DNA of 64,000 bases from an uncultured Muribaculaceae bacterium (GCA_944320595.1 CALUIB010000017.1:296-64295); one strand, 5' to 3'. Counted from the first letter of the stretch, positions 45,357 to 56,175 are shown. Made by a program: numbers and translations. Notes: generated from the letters alone by a model not told the origin.

Positions 45357-45779
45357 ATGAAAGGCAACAGGTTATATAAATGCGAGAAGTTGTGCAGCCG
45401 CACGGCCATCAACGGGCTTTTTGCCAACGGGCGCAGCGTGGTGGCTTATCCGTTGCGTGCAGTGGTGGCGGTACACAATAGCGCAGGCGAACCATCGGCG
45501 CGGTTCATGATAACCGTGCCGAAGAAGAAGATACGCACTGCCGTGGGGCGTGTGCTGCTGCGCCGCCGCATACGCGAGGCTTACCGCCTCAACAGGCCGT
45601 TGCTGCTGCCGGGGCTTGCCTGCTGCGGCTGCCATGCCGATGTGGCGTTCTTGTACCTCGATTCGTCGATTGCCGATTACGCAAAAATCGAGAAAGCTAT
45701 GAAGTCGATTCTTGGCAAGATTGCCGCGCTTGCTGCTGCCGCAGGAAAGGAGGAGGCCGATGATGGCGCAGTGGATTAA
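45357..45779 (+). CDS. rnpA: Ribonuclease P protein component
   Basis: 140 aa, basic. The blocks [29 protein letters not shown] are typical of RnpA, and yidD follows. Confidence 0.85.
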   Translation: MKGNRLYKCEKLCSRTAINGLFANGRSVVAYPLRAVVAVHNSAGEPSARFMITVPKKKIRTAVGRVLLRRRIREAYRLNRPLLLPGLACCGCHADVAFLYLDSSIADYAKIEKAMKSILGKIAALAAAAGKEEADDGAVD

Positions 45780-45996
45780 GAAGGCCGTGGTGGCAATACT
45801 TGTGTTGCCGATACAGTTTTACCGATATTGCATATCTCCGCTTTTCCCGCCGGTGTGCCGTTTTACACCCTCTTGCAGCCAGTATGCCATCGAGGCGTTG
45901 CGCAAGCACGGCCCGGTGCGCGGATTGTGGCTTGCAATCAAGCGCATTTGCCGCTGTCACCCGTGGGGCGGGAGCGGATACGACCCTGTGCCATGA
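45760..45996 (+). CDS. yidD: Membrane protein insertion efficiency factor YidD
   Basis: ORF 45712-45996 with ATG 45760. [36 protein letters not shown] and [13 protein letters not shown] present. Confidence 0.9.
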   Translation: MMAQWIKKAVVAILVLPIQFYRYCISPLFPPVCRFTPSCSQYAIEALRKHGPVRGLWLAIKRICRCHPWGGSGYDPVP

Positions 45997-46637
45997 CTAT
46001 GATTGCCGATATACATACGCACCGCCCCGATGCCGTCGATGCCGTGATAAGTGTGAACCCGTGGGAATTTGCCCCAGTTCCGGGGCAGCTCTACTCGGTG
46101 GGCATCCACCCGTGGCATCTTCACAATGCGACCGATGCGCATTTTGCCATGCTTGAGGCAATTGCACGGCGCACCGACGTGGTGATGATAGGTGAGTGCG
46201 GTATCGATAAAGTCCGCAGAGCCTCTGCCATTGAGCGGCAAATCGAGGCCGTGAGGTTACATGCAGCTTTGTCGGAATGCGTGTGTAAGCCGTTGGTGCT
46301 GCACTGCGTGAGGGCAAGCAACGAGTTGTGTGCGCTGCGCCGCTTGCTGCGGCCCCGGCAGCCGTGGATTATCCATGGCTTTCGCGGCAAGGCTGCGGTG
46401 GCTGCGCAATTGCTCAAAGCTGGTTTTTATTTGTCATACGGCGAGCGGTTCAATGCCGAGTCGCTGATGAATACGCAGGCCGACCGCCTGCTTGCCGAGA
46501 CCGACGAGTCGCAACAATCCATAACCGAAATATACACGCATATTGCGGAATGCCTTGGCAAGCCAGTCGAGGAACTAACTTCGACAATCAGGCGCAACAT
46601 AAACAGCCTGCTACGGCCAATGACAAGCGGGCTATAA
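45993..46637 (+). CDS. TatD family hydrolase
   Basis: ORF 45828-46637. ATG 45993 forms an ATGA overlap with the yidD stop. [22 protein letters not shown] and ETDE present. Confidence 0.85.
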   Translation: MTMIADIHTHRPDAVDAVISVNPWEFAPVPGQLYSVGIHPWHLHNATDAHFAMLEAIARRTDVVMIGECGIDKVRRASAIERQIEAVRLHAALSECVCKPLVLHCVRASNELCALRRLLRPRQPWIIHGFRGKAAVAAQLLKAGFYLSYGERFNAESLMNTQADRLLAETDESQQSITEIYTHIAECLGKPVEELTSTIRRNINSLLRPMTSGL

Positions 46638-46667
46638 AAATTTTTTGGTCATGGTGTGCATTATAAT

Positions 46668-46675
46668 TAACTTTG
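46668..46675 (+). promoter_or_regulatory. Putative -7 box (TAACTTTG) for the GT2 gene
   Basis: Exact TAnnTTTG match, 40 nt upstream of ATG 46716. Confidence 0.5.
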
Positions 46676-46715
46676 CGCATCGGTTATCAAACTGATATTT
46701 AACGAGGGAGAAATC

Positions 46716-47528
46716 ATGACACTTGAAATATTAATTTGCACTTACAACGACCGCATCCTCAATGTTGCAAAAGAGCTGATGCCGCCCATGCGCAACATTT
46801 CTTACTTGGTATCGTGGCAGCAAAGCGACGGGTACAATGGCACCTCGCAATTGCCCGATGAACTGCGGCGCGAGGATGTGACAGTGGTAACGACGCAAAG
46901 CACCGGCTTGTCGCTCAACCGCAACAATGCCATAAAAAATGCGACTGGCGACATTTGCCTCATGTCGGATGATGACTTGGAATATATCCCCAATCATGTG
47001 GCACACATAGTGGAAGTATTCGAGTCGCACCCGTCGCTCGACATTGCCACGTTCAAGTATGATTCAAAGAATTACCCCAAGCAGTATCCGTCATACTCGT
47101 TTGACTTGAAGCAGCCTCCCAAGGGCTACTATGTAACGTGCTTTGAAATAGCATTCCGCCGAAAGTCGGTGCAAGGCAAGGTGTGGTTTAATCCGTTGTT
47201 CGGGCCTAATTCCCCGATGTTCATTTCGGGCGAAGATGGTATGTTTGTATTCGATGCACTCAGCAAGGGCCTCAGCGGATTTTTCTTTCCTTACGTGATA
47301 GCGCGCCACCACCATGCCACCACGCGGACGCATTCGGCTGCCGACCCTCGCCTTGTGATGGCCACGGCAGCTTTCATATATATCGCCTACAAGGATGGAA
47401 CAGCCCCGTTGCGCTATGTGCTGCTGGCCTGGCGTGCAAGTCACCACAATCCATTGAAGTTTTTCACAATGCTGCGCCATGCAATCAACGGAGTGAAATA
47501 TATAAAGAAAAACTATGTTCCGGCTTGA
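46716..47528 (+). CDS. Glycosyltransferase family 2 protein
   Basis: 270 aa with LEILICTYNDRI, GLSLNRNNAIKNATGD and LMSDDDLEY (DxD). Confidence 0.8.
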   Translation: MTLEILICTYNDRILNVAKELMPPMRNISYLVSWQQSDGYNGTSQLPDELRREDVTVVTTQSTGLSLNRNNAIKNATGDICLMSDDDLEYIPNHVAHIVEVFESHPSLDIATFKYDSKNYPKQYPSYSFDLKQPPKGYYVTCFEIAFRRKSVQGKVWFNPLFGPNSPMFISGEDGMFVFDALSKGLSGFFFPYVIARHHHATTRTHSAADPRLVMATAAFIYIAYKDGTAPLRYVLLAWRASHHNPLKFFTMLRHAINGVKYIKKNYVPA

Positions 47529-47586
47529 CGGTGGTTTTTCATGACTGATAAAAAACATTCAACAACAACGAAAAAACAGAACAGAT

Positions 47587-47742
47587 ATGTCGATAGGACG
47601 TGTAATTCTTTCCATCATTTTCCCGCCGCTTGCCGTCTTTGACAAGGGCTGCGGCTCCATATTGATAGTATTGCTACTCACCGGCTGCGGCTGGATACCC
47701 GGAGTGATAGGTGCGCTGGTTATCCTTAACAAGAACAATTAA
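47587..47742 (+). CDS. YqaE/Pmp3 (UPF0057) family small membrane proteolipid
   Basis: Below the ORF-track size cutoff. My translation is MSIGRVILSIIFPPLAVFDKGCGSILIVLLLTGCGWIPGVIGALVILNKNN* (51 aa). The blocks IIFPPLAV and GWIPG are typical of the family. Confidence 0.75.
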   Translation: MSIGRVILSIIFPPLAVFDKGCGSILIVLLLTGCGWIPGVIGALVILNKNN

Positions 47743-47838
47743 TTCCTTGCCGAGGCATAAAATGGCTTAAATTGCTATTCGATGCCGTTGCGGCGAAGTA
47801 TTTCAAGCAACTCGGCATCGGAAAGCGTGTACGTTATC

Positions 47839-48104
47839 TTACAGTTCATTGAGCAATTCCTTCGCCGGTTTGAACTATAATTTCCCTTCCAAGTTAAGTT
47901 TCAGCTCTTTGCAGGCTTGGTCGAAGTTGGCAAGTATTTCGGCTTTCGATATATAGGGTTCTTCGTCTTCGGTCACGGTGGTTGCAGTAGCGTTTTCACG
48001 TTTTTCTTTGCGCAGAAGTTTCCTTATTTTTTCAGAATGTCGATGTTGTCAATGTCGAGTATATCGCGTATCAGCTCGTTTTATAGCATTTCTATCGTTG
48101 CCAT
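47839..48104 (-). pseudogene. Decayed antitoxin-like small gene (two in-frame stops and one frameshift)
   Basis: The minus-strand reading is MATIEML*NELIRDILDIDNIDILKK, then a shift at an A6 run, then RKLLRKEKRENATATTVTEDEEPYISKAEILANFDQACKELKLNLEGKL*FKPAKELLNEL*. It resembles small Bacteroidetes antitoxin-type proteins ending ...ELLNEL. A possible truncated toxin N-terminus, ITYTLSDAELLEILRRNGIE*, lies at 47775-47838. Confidence 0.35.
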
Positions 48105-48174
48105 ATTCTGTGTGTTTTTAGATTGTTCGTATGCAACTATAGTGCAAGTTGGGTACAAGCACAAGGTATTTTCA

Positions 48175-50523
48175 TTAAAACTCTATGGTTATGCCCACAG
48201 TGGGTAACACGGTGCCGCCTATGTCGTGGGGGATTTCTTGCATTTGATAGCGGGTGGGGTCGGTTGCCGAGGTTATGTAATTGCCGCTGGCATCGGTCGC
48301 GGGGGCAAGTATGGGGCGACCCCAGGGGCTGTAGTTGTACACGTTTTGCACGTCGATGTAGAAACCAAGCCGCCAACGGGCGAAGTACCATATTTTATCT
48401 ACACGCACGTCGAGCTGGTGGTAGGCAGGTTCGCGGCCTGAATTATAGCGAGAATTGTCGGTGTATGGGCGGCGGCGGACATCCCACTGGCTTTTGAGCG
48501 ACGAGCGAGTGCGGTCGTAAGGAGTGAATGGCAGTCCGCCCGAGAATTGCCATTTGGCACCTATGGTCCAGTTGCGGCCCAGGCGATGGATTGCCGACAG
48601 TGTGAAGATGTTGCGAACGTCCCATGCCGAGCTCCACCAGCCGGGTGTGCCGTCGGTGCGGCGTAATTGGGTTCGTACGAAGGTGTAAGAGGCGTTGACT
48701 ACGGTGTTCCATAGGTCGCGGTGTCGCCACGACAGTTCCACGCCGTATGCCCGTCCGCGTCCTGTGGAGCTTGCCGGGACGTTGCCTACGATGTAGTCGC
48801 TGAAATCTTGCGTAGTGACGGGCATACCGTCGATGAGTGACACTGGCAGCCGTGAATATTGCTTGAAAAATCCCTCGGCGCGTAGTGCCTGCAATGCGTC
48901 GGGCAAGAAGCTGATGCCTGCCACATAATGGTTGACGGCGGCATAGCGCAGCCCGTCGCGCTGGCTGTGCCCGGCAATGTCTCCACTGTCATAGTCGAGC
49001 AGTGTCATTGACGGTTCCTGGTAATAACGGGCTATGCTGCCGCTGAGGGTAAATTTTCCCGACAGGCGGTAAGACAGGTTGAGGCGCGGCGACACTTGGC
49101 GCAACGGGTTGCTCATGGCTCGGCTGTAGCCCATGCCGTCGAGGCGCAGCGAGGCGTTGGCGGCAAAACGGCCAATTACACGGCTTGCCGAGGCATACAG
49201 GGCATATCGCCCGAAGGTGTGCAGGCGGCTCACGCCGATGCCGCCACTGGCTCCGGCACTCAACTTAAATCCGCCCACGTCGTGCCACTCGGCGTTGACG
49301 TTGAAGCGGTAATTCATTTCCCGGCTGTCGAGGTCGAAAAGCAGCGGACGGGTTTCGTCGTTGCCCTCGTATTTGAACAGTCTGTTTTTCAAGTAATCGA
49401 CACTTGCCGTAGCCCTAAGTTGCCCCCCGTAGAAACGGTGCAAATAGCCTGCGCCGAATGTAAAGCTCGTTTGGTCATTGTTTGGCAGGTATCCAAGTAT
49501 GTATTCGCGGTCGGGTTCAAGGTCGCTTTCGCCCGTGTTGAGTTTGTTGTTGTCGAGTGAGCCTATCCCTATGAAATATAGCTTGTCGTCCTCGCCTATG
49601 CGGGTGGTAAGTTTGAACTGGTAATCGTTGTAGGTGGGCAGGAACGGCAGTTTAAGCATACTGAACAGCATATTCAAGTAACTCGTGCGCCACGATGCGG
49701 TGAGCGTGGTGCGTCCGTCGCTGCTCACTGGCGTGTTGACGTGTAGGCCTGCGTCGGTGAACCCCACTATGAATTTGCCATGGAACCGGTCGCTGTTGCC
49801 TTCGAGCATAGTCATTTCCATCACCGAACTAAGTCCCGGGGTCAGTTGCACCGGGAAGGCCGAGGTGTAAAATTCGGTTGCGCTTAGCAATTCGGTGTTG
49901 ACGAGCGATGCGTTGCCGCCCGAGCCGCCTTGCACGGCAAAGTGGTTGAGCACGGGGATTTCGATGCCGTCGATGTAATACTTGTTCTCATTGGCGCCGC
50001 CGCCACGCACCAACAGGTCGTTGCGGTTTGAGTTGCTCACCGACAGCACTCCCGGCATCGACTGTAGCACCCGGGAAATGTCGCGGTTGGCTCCCGGCGT
50101 GAGGTCTATTTCTTGTGCGCCGATGCGCATCATCGACACCGGGGCCTCGATGCCCGTGCGGTAGGGCGATGCGGTTACGGTGAGTTCTCCAAGCTCATGC
50201 CTGCTTTGTAGCAATTGCACGTCAACCACAGCCGGGGCTGCCGTCGAGACTGCGAAAGCCTGCGAGGTGGTGTATTCATACCCGTCGGCTTCTACCTGCA
50301 ATATGCAATATCCTACCGGCAAGCCGTCCATTATGTATGCACCCAGGCTGTCGGTGAGGCACGTGAGTGATGCGTCGCCCATCATCGTCACGGTGGCACC
50401 GGCCACTGCGTTGCCGGTGTCGCCGTCGGTGACGTGGCCTTGCACACTGCCTGTGACTGCGTTGGCGGCAGCCGCAATGGTTGCCATCAGCAGGAAAATA
50501 CTTGTCAACAACAGGTGTTTCAT
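48175..50523 (-). CDS. TonB-dependent receptor with an N-terminal CarboxypepD_reg-like domain
   Basis: ORF 48175-50643 with ATG 50523 (MKHLLLTSIFLLMATIAAAAN, signal peptide). Plug block DISRVLQSMPGV...LLVRGGG...YYIDGIEIP present. C-terminal GITIEF. Confidence 0.85.
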   Translation of the reverse strand: MKHLLLTSIFLLMATIAAAANAVTGSVQGHVTDGDTGNAVAGATVTMMGDASLTCLTDSLGAYIMDGLPVGYCILQVEADGYEYTTSQAFAVSTAAPAVVDVQLLQSRHELGELTVTASPYRTGIEAPVSMMRIGAQEIDLTPGANRDISRVLQSMPGVLSVSNSNRNDLLVRGGGANENKYYIDGIEIPVLNHFAVQGGSGGNASLVNTELLSATEFYTSAFPVQLTPGLSSVMEMTMLEGNSDRFHGKFIVGFTDAGLHVNTPVSSDGRTTLTASWRTSYLNMLFSMLKLPFLPTYNDYQFKLTTRIGEDDKLYFIGIGSLDNNKLNTGESDLEPDREYILGYLPNNDQTSFTFGAGYLHRFYGGQLRATASVDYLKNRLFKYEGNDETRPLLFDLDSREMNYRFNVNAEWHDVGGFKLSAGASGGIGVSRLHTFGRYALYASASRVIGRFAANASLRLDGMGYSRAMSNPLRQVSPRLNLSYRLSGKFTLSGSIARYYQEPSMTLLDYDSGDIAGHSQRDGLRYAAVNHYVAGISFLPDALQALRAEGFFKQYSRLPVSLIDGMPVTTQDFSDYIVGNVPASSTGRGRAYGVELSWRHRDLWNTVVNASYTFVRTQLRRTDGTPGWWSSAWDVRNIFTLSAIHRLGRNWTIGAKWQFSGGLPFTPYDRTRSSLKSQWDVRRRPYTDNSRYNSGREPAYHQLDVRVDKIWYFARWRLGFYIDVQNVYNYSPWGRPILAPATDASGNYITSATDPTRYQMQEIPHDIGGTVLPTVGITIEF

Positions 50524-50534
50524 CAAGAGCTTTG

Positions 50535-53147
50535 TTAATCCTTGCCGGTAATAATCTTCTTTATGTCGTTCAGCTTGTTGAGAGCCTGCATGGGGGTAAG
50601 GTTGTCGATGTCCACATTCAGTATCTCGTCGCGCACCTGGCATAGCACTGGGTCGTCGAGCTGGAAGAACGACAATTGCACTCCTCCAGCCACCGGGGCA
50701 TCCTTTATATTGAGTGGGTTTTTCTCGCCACGGTTGTTCTCTTCGAGCTGGCTGAGCACTTCGTCGGCGCGTTCCACTATCGATGGTGGCATTCCGGCCA
50801 GCTTTGCCACATGGATTCCGAAACTGTGCTCGCTACCGCCTCGCACCAATTTCCGCACGAACACTACCTTGCCGTTGATTTCTTTCACCGACACATTGTA
50901 GTTGGCGATGCGGTGGTAGGTCTTTTCCATCTCGTTGAGTTCGTGATAATGTGTGGCGAAGAGCGTTTTTGGGTGTGCCTTGCCGTTCTCGTGCAAGTAT
51001 TCCACTATCGACCAGGCAATGGATATGCCATCATAGGTGCTTGTGCCGCGCCCCAGTTCGTCGAATAGTATCAGGCTTCGTTCGCTTATATTGTTGAGTA
51101 TCGATGCCGCCTCGGTCATTTCCACCATGAAAGTCGATTCGCCGAGCGAGATGTTGTCGCTTGCCCCCACGCGTGTGAAAATCTTATCGACTATTCCTAT
51201 GCGGGCAGTGTCGGCAGGTACGAAACAACCTATTTGGGCCATCAGCACTATCAGGGCCGTTTGCCGCAGCAGTGCCGACTTGCCAGCCATATTGGGGCCG
51301 GTTATCATTATTATTTGTTGGTCGTCGTTGCCAAGGCGGATGTTGTTTGACACATACCGTTCCCCCACAGGCATTTGCTTTTCGATTACCGGGTGGCGGC
51401 CTTCGGTGATGTCTATGTCGAGCGAGTCGTCGAGTACAGGCCGCGTATAATGGTTTTCGGCAGCGGCACGAGTGAAGGCCAACAGGCAGTCGAGTCGTGC
51501 AATGAGGCTTGAATCGACCTGAATTGCAGGTATGTAGTCGGCTACGGCGGTGATTATTTCGTTGAACAGGCGAGTTTCGATTGAAATAATCTTCTCCTCG
51601 GCACCGAGTATCTTTTCTTCATATTCTTTCAGTTCCTGCGTCACGTAGCGTTCGGCACTTACAAGCGTCTGCTTGCGAATCCACTCGGGCGGCACCTTGT
51701 CCTTGTGCGTGTTCCGTACCTCGATGTAGTAGCCAAATACGTTGTTGTAGCTTATTTTCAGGCTTGGGATGCCTGTGCGTTCGCTTTCGCGCTGTTGCAG
51801 TTTCATTAGGTAGTCCTTGCTTGAGTGCGACAGGTCGCGCAGCTCGTCGAGTTCGGAATTCACGCCGCGGCATATCACGTTGCCGCGGTTTACCACGTTT
51901 GATGCATCGGGATTGATTTCATGTTCTATGCGGTCGCGTATCGTCTTGCACGGGTTCAGTTGTTCGCCTATGTGGTGCAGCACGTCGTTGTCGGCGGCTA
52001 AGCAAAGCGATTTCACTGGTTCGATTGCAGTCAAGGCGTTCTTCAGCTGCACGAGTTCGCGCGGGGTTATTCGCCCCACGGCCACCTTCGAGATAAGCCG
52101 CTCAATATCTCCAATCATCTCCAGTTGGTGTTTCAGCGTGTCGCGAGCCTTGGTGTCGCGGAAGAAGTATTCCACCACGTCGAGCCGGTTGTTGATTTGC
52201 CTTATGTCTTTCAGTGGGAACACTATCCATCGGCGCAACATTCGTGCCCCCATCGGCGTGAGTGTGCCGTCGAGTACCGACAGCAGGCTTTTGCCGTCTT
52301 CGCACATAGAGCCTACCAGTTCCAAGTTGCGCACTGTGAACTTGTCGAGTCTCACGTAACGCTCCTCCTCGATGCGCGACAGCGTGGTGATGTGGCTCAC
52401 GTGGGTGTGCTGCGTGATGTCGAGGTAGTGCAGTATGGCTCCCGATGCCACTATGGCGCAGTGCATCGCATCGATGCCAAACCCTTTCAAATTGCGAGTC
52501 TCGAAGTGGCGCAGAAGGCGGTCGGTGGCTGCCTCCTCGGTGAAAATCCAGTCATCGAGGTCAAAAGTGAGGTATTTCGACGAGAAAGTCTCGGCAAACC
52601 GTTTGCGGTTGCTGCGTTCCACAAGCACCTCCTTTGGCGAGAAGTTTCCAAGCAGCTTGTCGATGTAGTCGGTGGTGCCTTCGGCCGTGAGAAATTCCCC
52701 GGTGCTTATGTCGAGGAAGGCCACGCCGCATGAGCGTTTGCCGAAGTGCACGGCGGCAAGGAAATTGTTTTCGCGGTTGTTGAGTATGTTGTCGTTAATC
52801 GACACTCCCGGCGTAACCAGCTCGGTTATGCCGCGTTTCACGAGTTTCTTGGTCAGTTTGGGGTCTTCGAGCTGTTCGCAAATAGCCACTCGCTTTCCGG
52901 CGCGCACAAGTTTGGGCAGGTAGGTGTCGAGGGCGTGGTGCGGGAACCCGGCAAGCTCCACGTATTGTGCCGCTCCGTTGGCACGGCGCGTCAGGGTTAT
53001 TCCCAATATCTCGGAAGTGGCAATGGCATCGTCCGAAAATGTCTCATAAAAGTCGCCCACTCGGAACAGCAATATCGCATCGGGATGCTTTTGTTTCATC
53101 TCGAAGTATTGCTTCATCAGCGGTGTTTCTACAATCTCTTTAGCCAC
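50535..53147 (-). CDS. mutS: DNA mismatch repair protein MutS
   Basis: 870 aa with [42 protein letters not shown] and THYHEL. Confidence 0.97.
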   Translation of the reverse strand: MAKEIVETPLMKQYFEMKQKHPDAILLFRVGDFYETFSDDAIATSEILGITLTRRANGAAQYVELAGFPHHALDTYLPKLVRAGKRVAICEQLEDPKLTKKLVKRGITELVTPGVSINDNILNNRENNFLAAVHFGKRSCGVAFLDISTGEFLTAEGTTDYIDKLLGNFSPKEVLVERSNRKRFAETFSSKYLTFDLDDWIFTEEAATDRLLRHFETRNLKGFGIDAMHCAIVASGAILHYLDITQHTHVSHITTLSRIEEERYVRLDKFTVRNLELVGSMCEDGKSLLSVLDGTLTPMGARMLRRWIVFPLKDIRQINNRLDVVEYFFRDTKARDTLKHQLEMIGDIERLISKVAVGRITPRELVQLKNALTAIEPVKSLCLAADNDVLHHIGEQLNPCKTIRDRIEHEINPDASNVVNRGNVICRGVNSELDELRDLSHSSKDYLMKLQQRESERTGIPSLKISYNNVFGYYIEVRNTHKDKVPPEWIRKQTLVSAERYVTQELKEYEEKILGAEEKIISIETRLFNEIITAVADYIPAIQVDSSLIARLDCLLAFTRAAAENHYTRPVLDDSLDIDITEGRHPVIEKQMPVGERYVSNNIRLGNDDQQIIMITGPNMAGKSALLRQTALIVLMAQIGCFVPADTARIGIVDKIFTRVGASDNISLGESTFMVEMTEAASILNNISERSLILFDELGRGTSTYDGISIAWSIVEYLHENGKAHPKTLFATHYHELNEMEKTYHRIANYNVSVKEINGKVVFVRKLVRGGSEHSFGIHVAKLAGMPPSIVERADEVLSQLEENNRGEKNPLNIKDAPVAGGVQLSFFQLDDPVLCQVRDEILNVDIDNLTPMQALNKLNDIKKIITGKD

Positions 53148-53171
53148 AAATCAAACTGAATTTTAAGCCAT

Positions 53172-53179
53172 CAAAGTTA
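53172..53179 (-). promoter_or_regulatory. Putative -7 box (TAACTTTG) for mutS
   Basis: Exact TAnnTTTG match, 24 nt upstream of ATG 53147. Confidence 0.5.
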
Positions 53180-53228
53180 CGAATTTTCGCCAAATCATGG
53201 TATATGCAAACATGGGGAAAAATAGTAT

Positions 53229-53274
53229 CTAACAAAGTTGTTACTCATAATATTGTTAGTAACAACTTTGTTAG
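53229..53274 (-). terminator. Perfect 17-bp inverted repeat downstream of the MATE gene
   Basis: CTAACAAAGTTGTTACT, a 12-nt loop, then AGTAACAACTTTGTTAG. It lies 40 nt after the stop at 53314. Confidence 0.6.
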
Positions 53275-53313
53275 CAGGGGTAAATAGCTTTAAACCAATG
53301 TATTTATGAGGGG

Positions 53314-54675
53314 TTATGAGTTCTTTTTTAGTATGCGTGGGAACTTGTAAATGAAGATGGCCGTGCACAGTATTGCGGCGGTGGCATCGGAAACACCTTC
53401 GGCCAGATATACGCCATCCACGCCGAAGAAAGATGGCAAGAGCAGTGCCAGCGGTATAAGCAGTATGACTTTGCGCAGCAGTGCGATGAATACCGAAACA
53501 GGGGCTTGGCCGAGTGCGACAAACATATTTTGGCACGTGCGCTGCAGCCCGAAGATTGTCATTCCCATCAGGAATATCGGCATGAACCGGCTTACGACGC
53601 TTATAAGAGCGGCATCGTCGGTGAAAGCCGATGCCACGACCGAGGGGAAGAGCATGAAGAACAGGATAACGACGAAATTGAATGTGAACATGGTGGCAAG
53701 CACCACCTTGAAGCATTCCTTCACGCGGTCATTGTTCCCGTGGCCGTAATTGTAGCTTACTATCGGCACGAAACCTTGCGCGAACCCCGTCAGTGGCACG
53801 CTCACCACGAGCATCGCCCCTTGCATTATGGCAAGTGCGCTCACGTAGATGTCGCCATAGTGTTCGAGGCTGCTGTTAAGCACAAATCCCACAAGGCTTT
53901 CGGTGCTTGCCATGATGAAAGGTGATATGCCAAGGGCAAGTATCGAGCCTACGACTTTCCAGTCGATGCGCATATACCGTGTTTCGAGCCTGAGCGATGC
54001 TTTCTTCGACGACAAGAACCCCACTATCCAAGCCGCGCTGCAAGCCTGTGAGATTATGGTTGCAAGCGCCGCGCCTTTTACTCCCATGCCAAAGGTGAAA
54101 ATGAACAACGGGTCGAGGCCGATGTTGAGTACCGCACCGATAAGTACCGAATACATGGCTATGGCAGGTCGCCCCTGTGTGCTGATGAATGTGTTAAGCC
54201 CCACCGACGTTTCCACGAATATGGTGCCGGCAAGGTATATCGATAGGTAGTCGCTGGCATAGCCTAAAGTATTGGCCGACGCTCCAGTGAACAGCAGCAG
54301 CGGTTCCATGAAGGCATATACCAGCGTGGTAGTAATCACTGTGAACGTCAGCAGCAGCACGAAGCCGTTGCCCAGGATTTTTCCGGCACGGTCACGGTCG
54401 CCATGGCCGAGTGCTATTGCCGCCAACGGTGCTCCGCCGCCGCCCACTATCGAGGAAAATGACGATATGAGGATTATTATTGCGCCTGTCACACCTATGC
54501 CGGCCAGGGCATCGGTGCCTATCACTGGTATGTGGCCTATGTATATGCGGTCAACCAAGTTATACAGCAGGTTGACTATTTGTGCGGCCACCGACGGCAT
54601 AGCCATCCTGAAGACGAGCGGCAATATGCGGTCGGTTCCTAATCGTTCCTCGTATGTGTAGCCAGTTGTTCCCAT
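53314..54675 (-). CDS. MATE family efflux transporter
   Basis: ORF 53314-54708. ATG 54675 is consistent with the -7 box at 54706-54713. It has 12 TM-like segments and the N-terminal block ILPLVFRMAMPSVAAQIVNLLYNLVDRIYIGH. Confidence 0.9.
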   Translation of the reverse strand: MGTTGYTYEERLGTDRILPLVFRMAMPSVAAQIVNLLYNLVDRIYIGHIPVIGTDALAGIGVTGAIIILISSFSSIVGGGGAPLAAIALGHGDRDRAGKILGNGFVLLLTFTVITTTLVYAFMEPLLLFTGASANTLGYASDYLSIYLAGTIFVETSVGLNTFISTQGRPAIAMYSVLIGAVLNIGLDPLFIFTFGMGVKGAALATIISQACSAAWIVGFLSSKKASLRLETRYMRIDWKVVGSILALGISPFIMASTESLVGFVLNSSLEHYGDIYVSALAIMQGAMLVVSVPLTGFAQGFVPIVSYNYGHGNNDRVKECFKVVLATMFTFNFVVILFFMLFPSVVASAFTDDAALISVVSRFMPIFLMGMTIFGLQRTCQNMFVALGQAPVSVFIALLRKVILLIPLALLLPSFFGVDGVYLAEGVSDATAAILCTAIFIYKFPRILKKNS

Positions 54676-54705
54676 TTCCCTGTATATAGCAATAAAAAAG
54701 TAGTG

Positions 54706-54713
54706 CAAAGTTA
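54706..54713 (-). promoter_or_regulatory. Putative -7 box (TAACTTTG) for the MATE gene
   Basis: Exact TAnnTTTG match, 30 nt upstream of ATG 54675. Confidence 0.5.
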
Positions 54714-54830
54714 CGATAAAATAAGATTACGCCAGTATTGTGTGAGCCTCGGTAAGAAATAGTAACAAATGGGGATGTTTTTACGATTTTTTACCAACTA
54801 ATAGGGATTGTTCAGGTTTTTCGTCTCCAA

Positions 54831-54838
54831 TACCTTTG
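54831..54838 (+). promoter_or_regulatory. Putative -7 box (TACCTTTG) for the porin-imelysin-DUF1111 cluster
   Basis: Exact TAnnTTTG match, 32 nt upstream of ATG 54871. Confidence 0.5.
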
Positions 54839-54870
54839 CGGTAGAATAAATCGTAAAAAATCACAAAGGA

Positions 54871-56175
54871 ATGAAAGAAAAAGTTTTGTTATTCTCCCTG
54901 TTGTTCTGCATGACTGGCAGTGCGGCATTGGCAGCCGATGAAAGACATGGCGGCGAGGAACCTTCCAAGATAGAGAAGGTAATGTCGCGGCTCACAGTGG
55001 GCGGTTACGGCGAGGCAGCGTACTCCTACAATATGTACAGCGACAAATACACCCGGTACATAACCCCCGGGCAATACAAGGACGAGTCGCACGGGCGGTT
55101 CGACTTGCCCCACGTGGTGATTTTTCTGGGCTATGACTTCGGCAAGGGCTGGACTATGGGCAGCGAAATCGAGTTTGAACACGGCGGCACCGAATCGGCG
55201 GTGGAAATAGAAGAAGAGGAGGCCGGGGAATATGAGAGCGAGGTGGAGCGCGGCGGCGAGGTAGCACTCGAACAATTTTGGCTGCAGAAGTCGTTCATGC
55301 CGCAGCTCAACGTGCGCGTGGGTCACATCATAGTGCCTGTGGGAGCGACCAATATGCACCACCTGCCCACCGAATTCTTTGGTGTTTACCGCCCCGAAGG
55401 CGAGAACACCATCATGCCATGCACTTGGCATGAAACCGGCATTAGCGTTTGGGGCCGCGCAGGCGACTGGCGTTACGAGGCTTTGCTTATACCGGGGCTT
55501 GACTCCGAACGCTTTGGCCGCCAAGGTTGGATACACGACGGAGCCGGCAGCCCCTACGAGTTCAAGATAGGCAATTCGGTAGCCGGTGCTTTCCGTGTTG
55601 ACAACTTCTCGGTTCCAGGGTTGCGCCTGTCGTTAAGTGGCTATGTGGGAAATTCATTCAACAATACGCTTAGTTCAAATAAAGATGCCTCGCGATATGC
55701 AGGCGTGAAAGGCACGGTAGTGATAGGAGCATTTGATTTCAATTACACAAGCCACAACTTGATTGTGCGTGGCAACTTCGACTACGGCCACCTTAGCGAT
55801 GCCGAAGTGATAACGAATGTCAATATCAACCACATGAGCCAGGCTTCACCGTCGCCGCACCAGGCTGTGGGCGAGGCGGCCATAGCCGGGGGTATTGAGG
55901 CTGGTTACAATATATTTGCCCATATCCCTAAGGTCGCCGGGCTGGGGCAGAAGTTCTATGTATTTGGACGGTATGATTATTACGATTCTATGCACAAGGC
56001 CGACACCAATATTTATGAATATTGTGGGCGTAGCCGTGTGGCGGCCGGCATAAATTATTATCCCATCAAGGAGGTCGTGGTTAAGGGAGAATATTCAATA
56101 GGCTTGCTGAAGTCGCCCTACAATAACGAGCCTTCAATATCGGTGGGAATAGCCTATTCGGGATTTTTCATGTAA
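54871..56175 (+). CDS. Putative outer-membrane porin-like beta-barrel protein
   Basis: 434 aa with a signal peptide (SAALAADE) and Gly/Tyr-rich alternating strands (LTVGGYGEAAYSYN, VVKGEYSIG). Aromatic C-terminus YSGFFM. Family assignment uncertain. Confidence 0.6.
   Translation: MKEKVLLFSLLFCMTGSAALAADERHGGEEPSKIEKVMSRLTVGGYGEAAYSYNMYSDKYTRYITPGQYKDESHGRFDLPHVVIFLGYDFGKGWTMGSEIEFEHGGTESAVEIEEEEAGEYESEVERGGEVALEQFWLQKSFMPQLNVRVGHIIVPVGATNMHHLPTEFFGVYRPEGENTIMPCTWHETGISVWGRAGDWRYEALLIPGLDSERFGRQGWIHDGAGSPYEFKIGNSVAGAFRVDNFSVPGLRLSLSGYVGNSFNNTLSSNKDASRYAGVKGTVVIGAFDFNYTSHNLIVRGNFDYGHLSDAEVITNVNINHMSQASPSPHQAVGEAAIAGGIEAGYNIFAHIPKVAGLGQKFYVFGRYDYYDSMHKADTNIYEYCGRSRVAAGINYYPIKEVVVKGEYSIGLLKSPYNNEPSISVGIAYSGFFM

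Noticed and set aside
47839-48104. In-frame TAA/TAG codons, considered as evidence for stop-codon reassignment or programmed recoding
   Set aside because: All other genes in the window terminate normally at TAA/TAG/TGA with standard-code translations. A frameshift in the same locus makes pseudogenisation the simpler explanation.
47917-48207. A 96-aa plus-strand ORF in the AT-rich gap
   Set aside because: It is a low-complexity Phe/Ser/Ile-rich translation with no start context. It overlaps the antitoxin-like remnant and the end of the TonB-dependent receptor gene.
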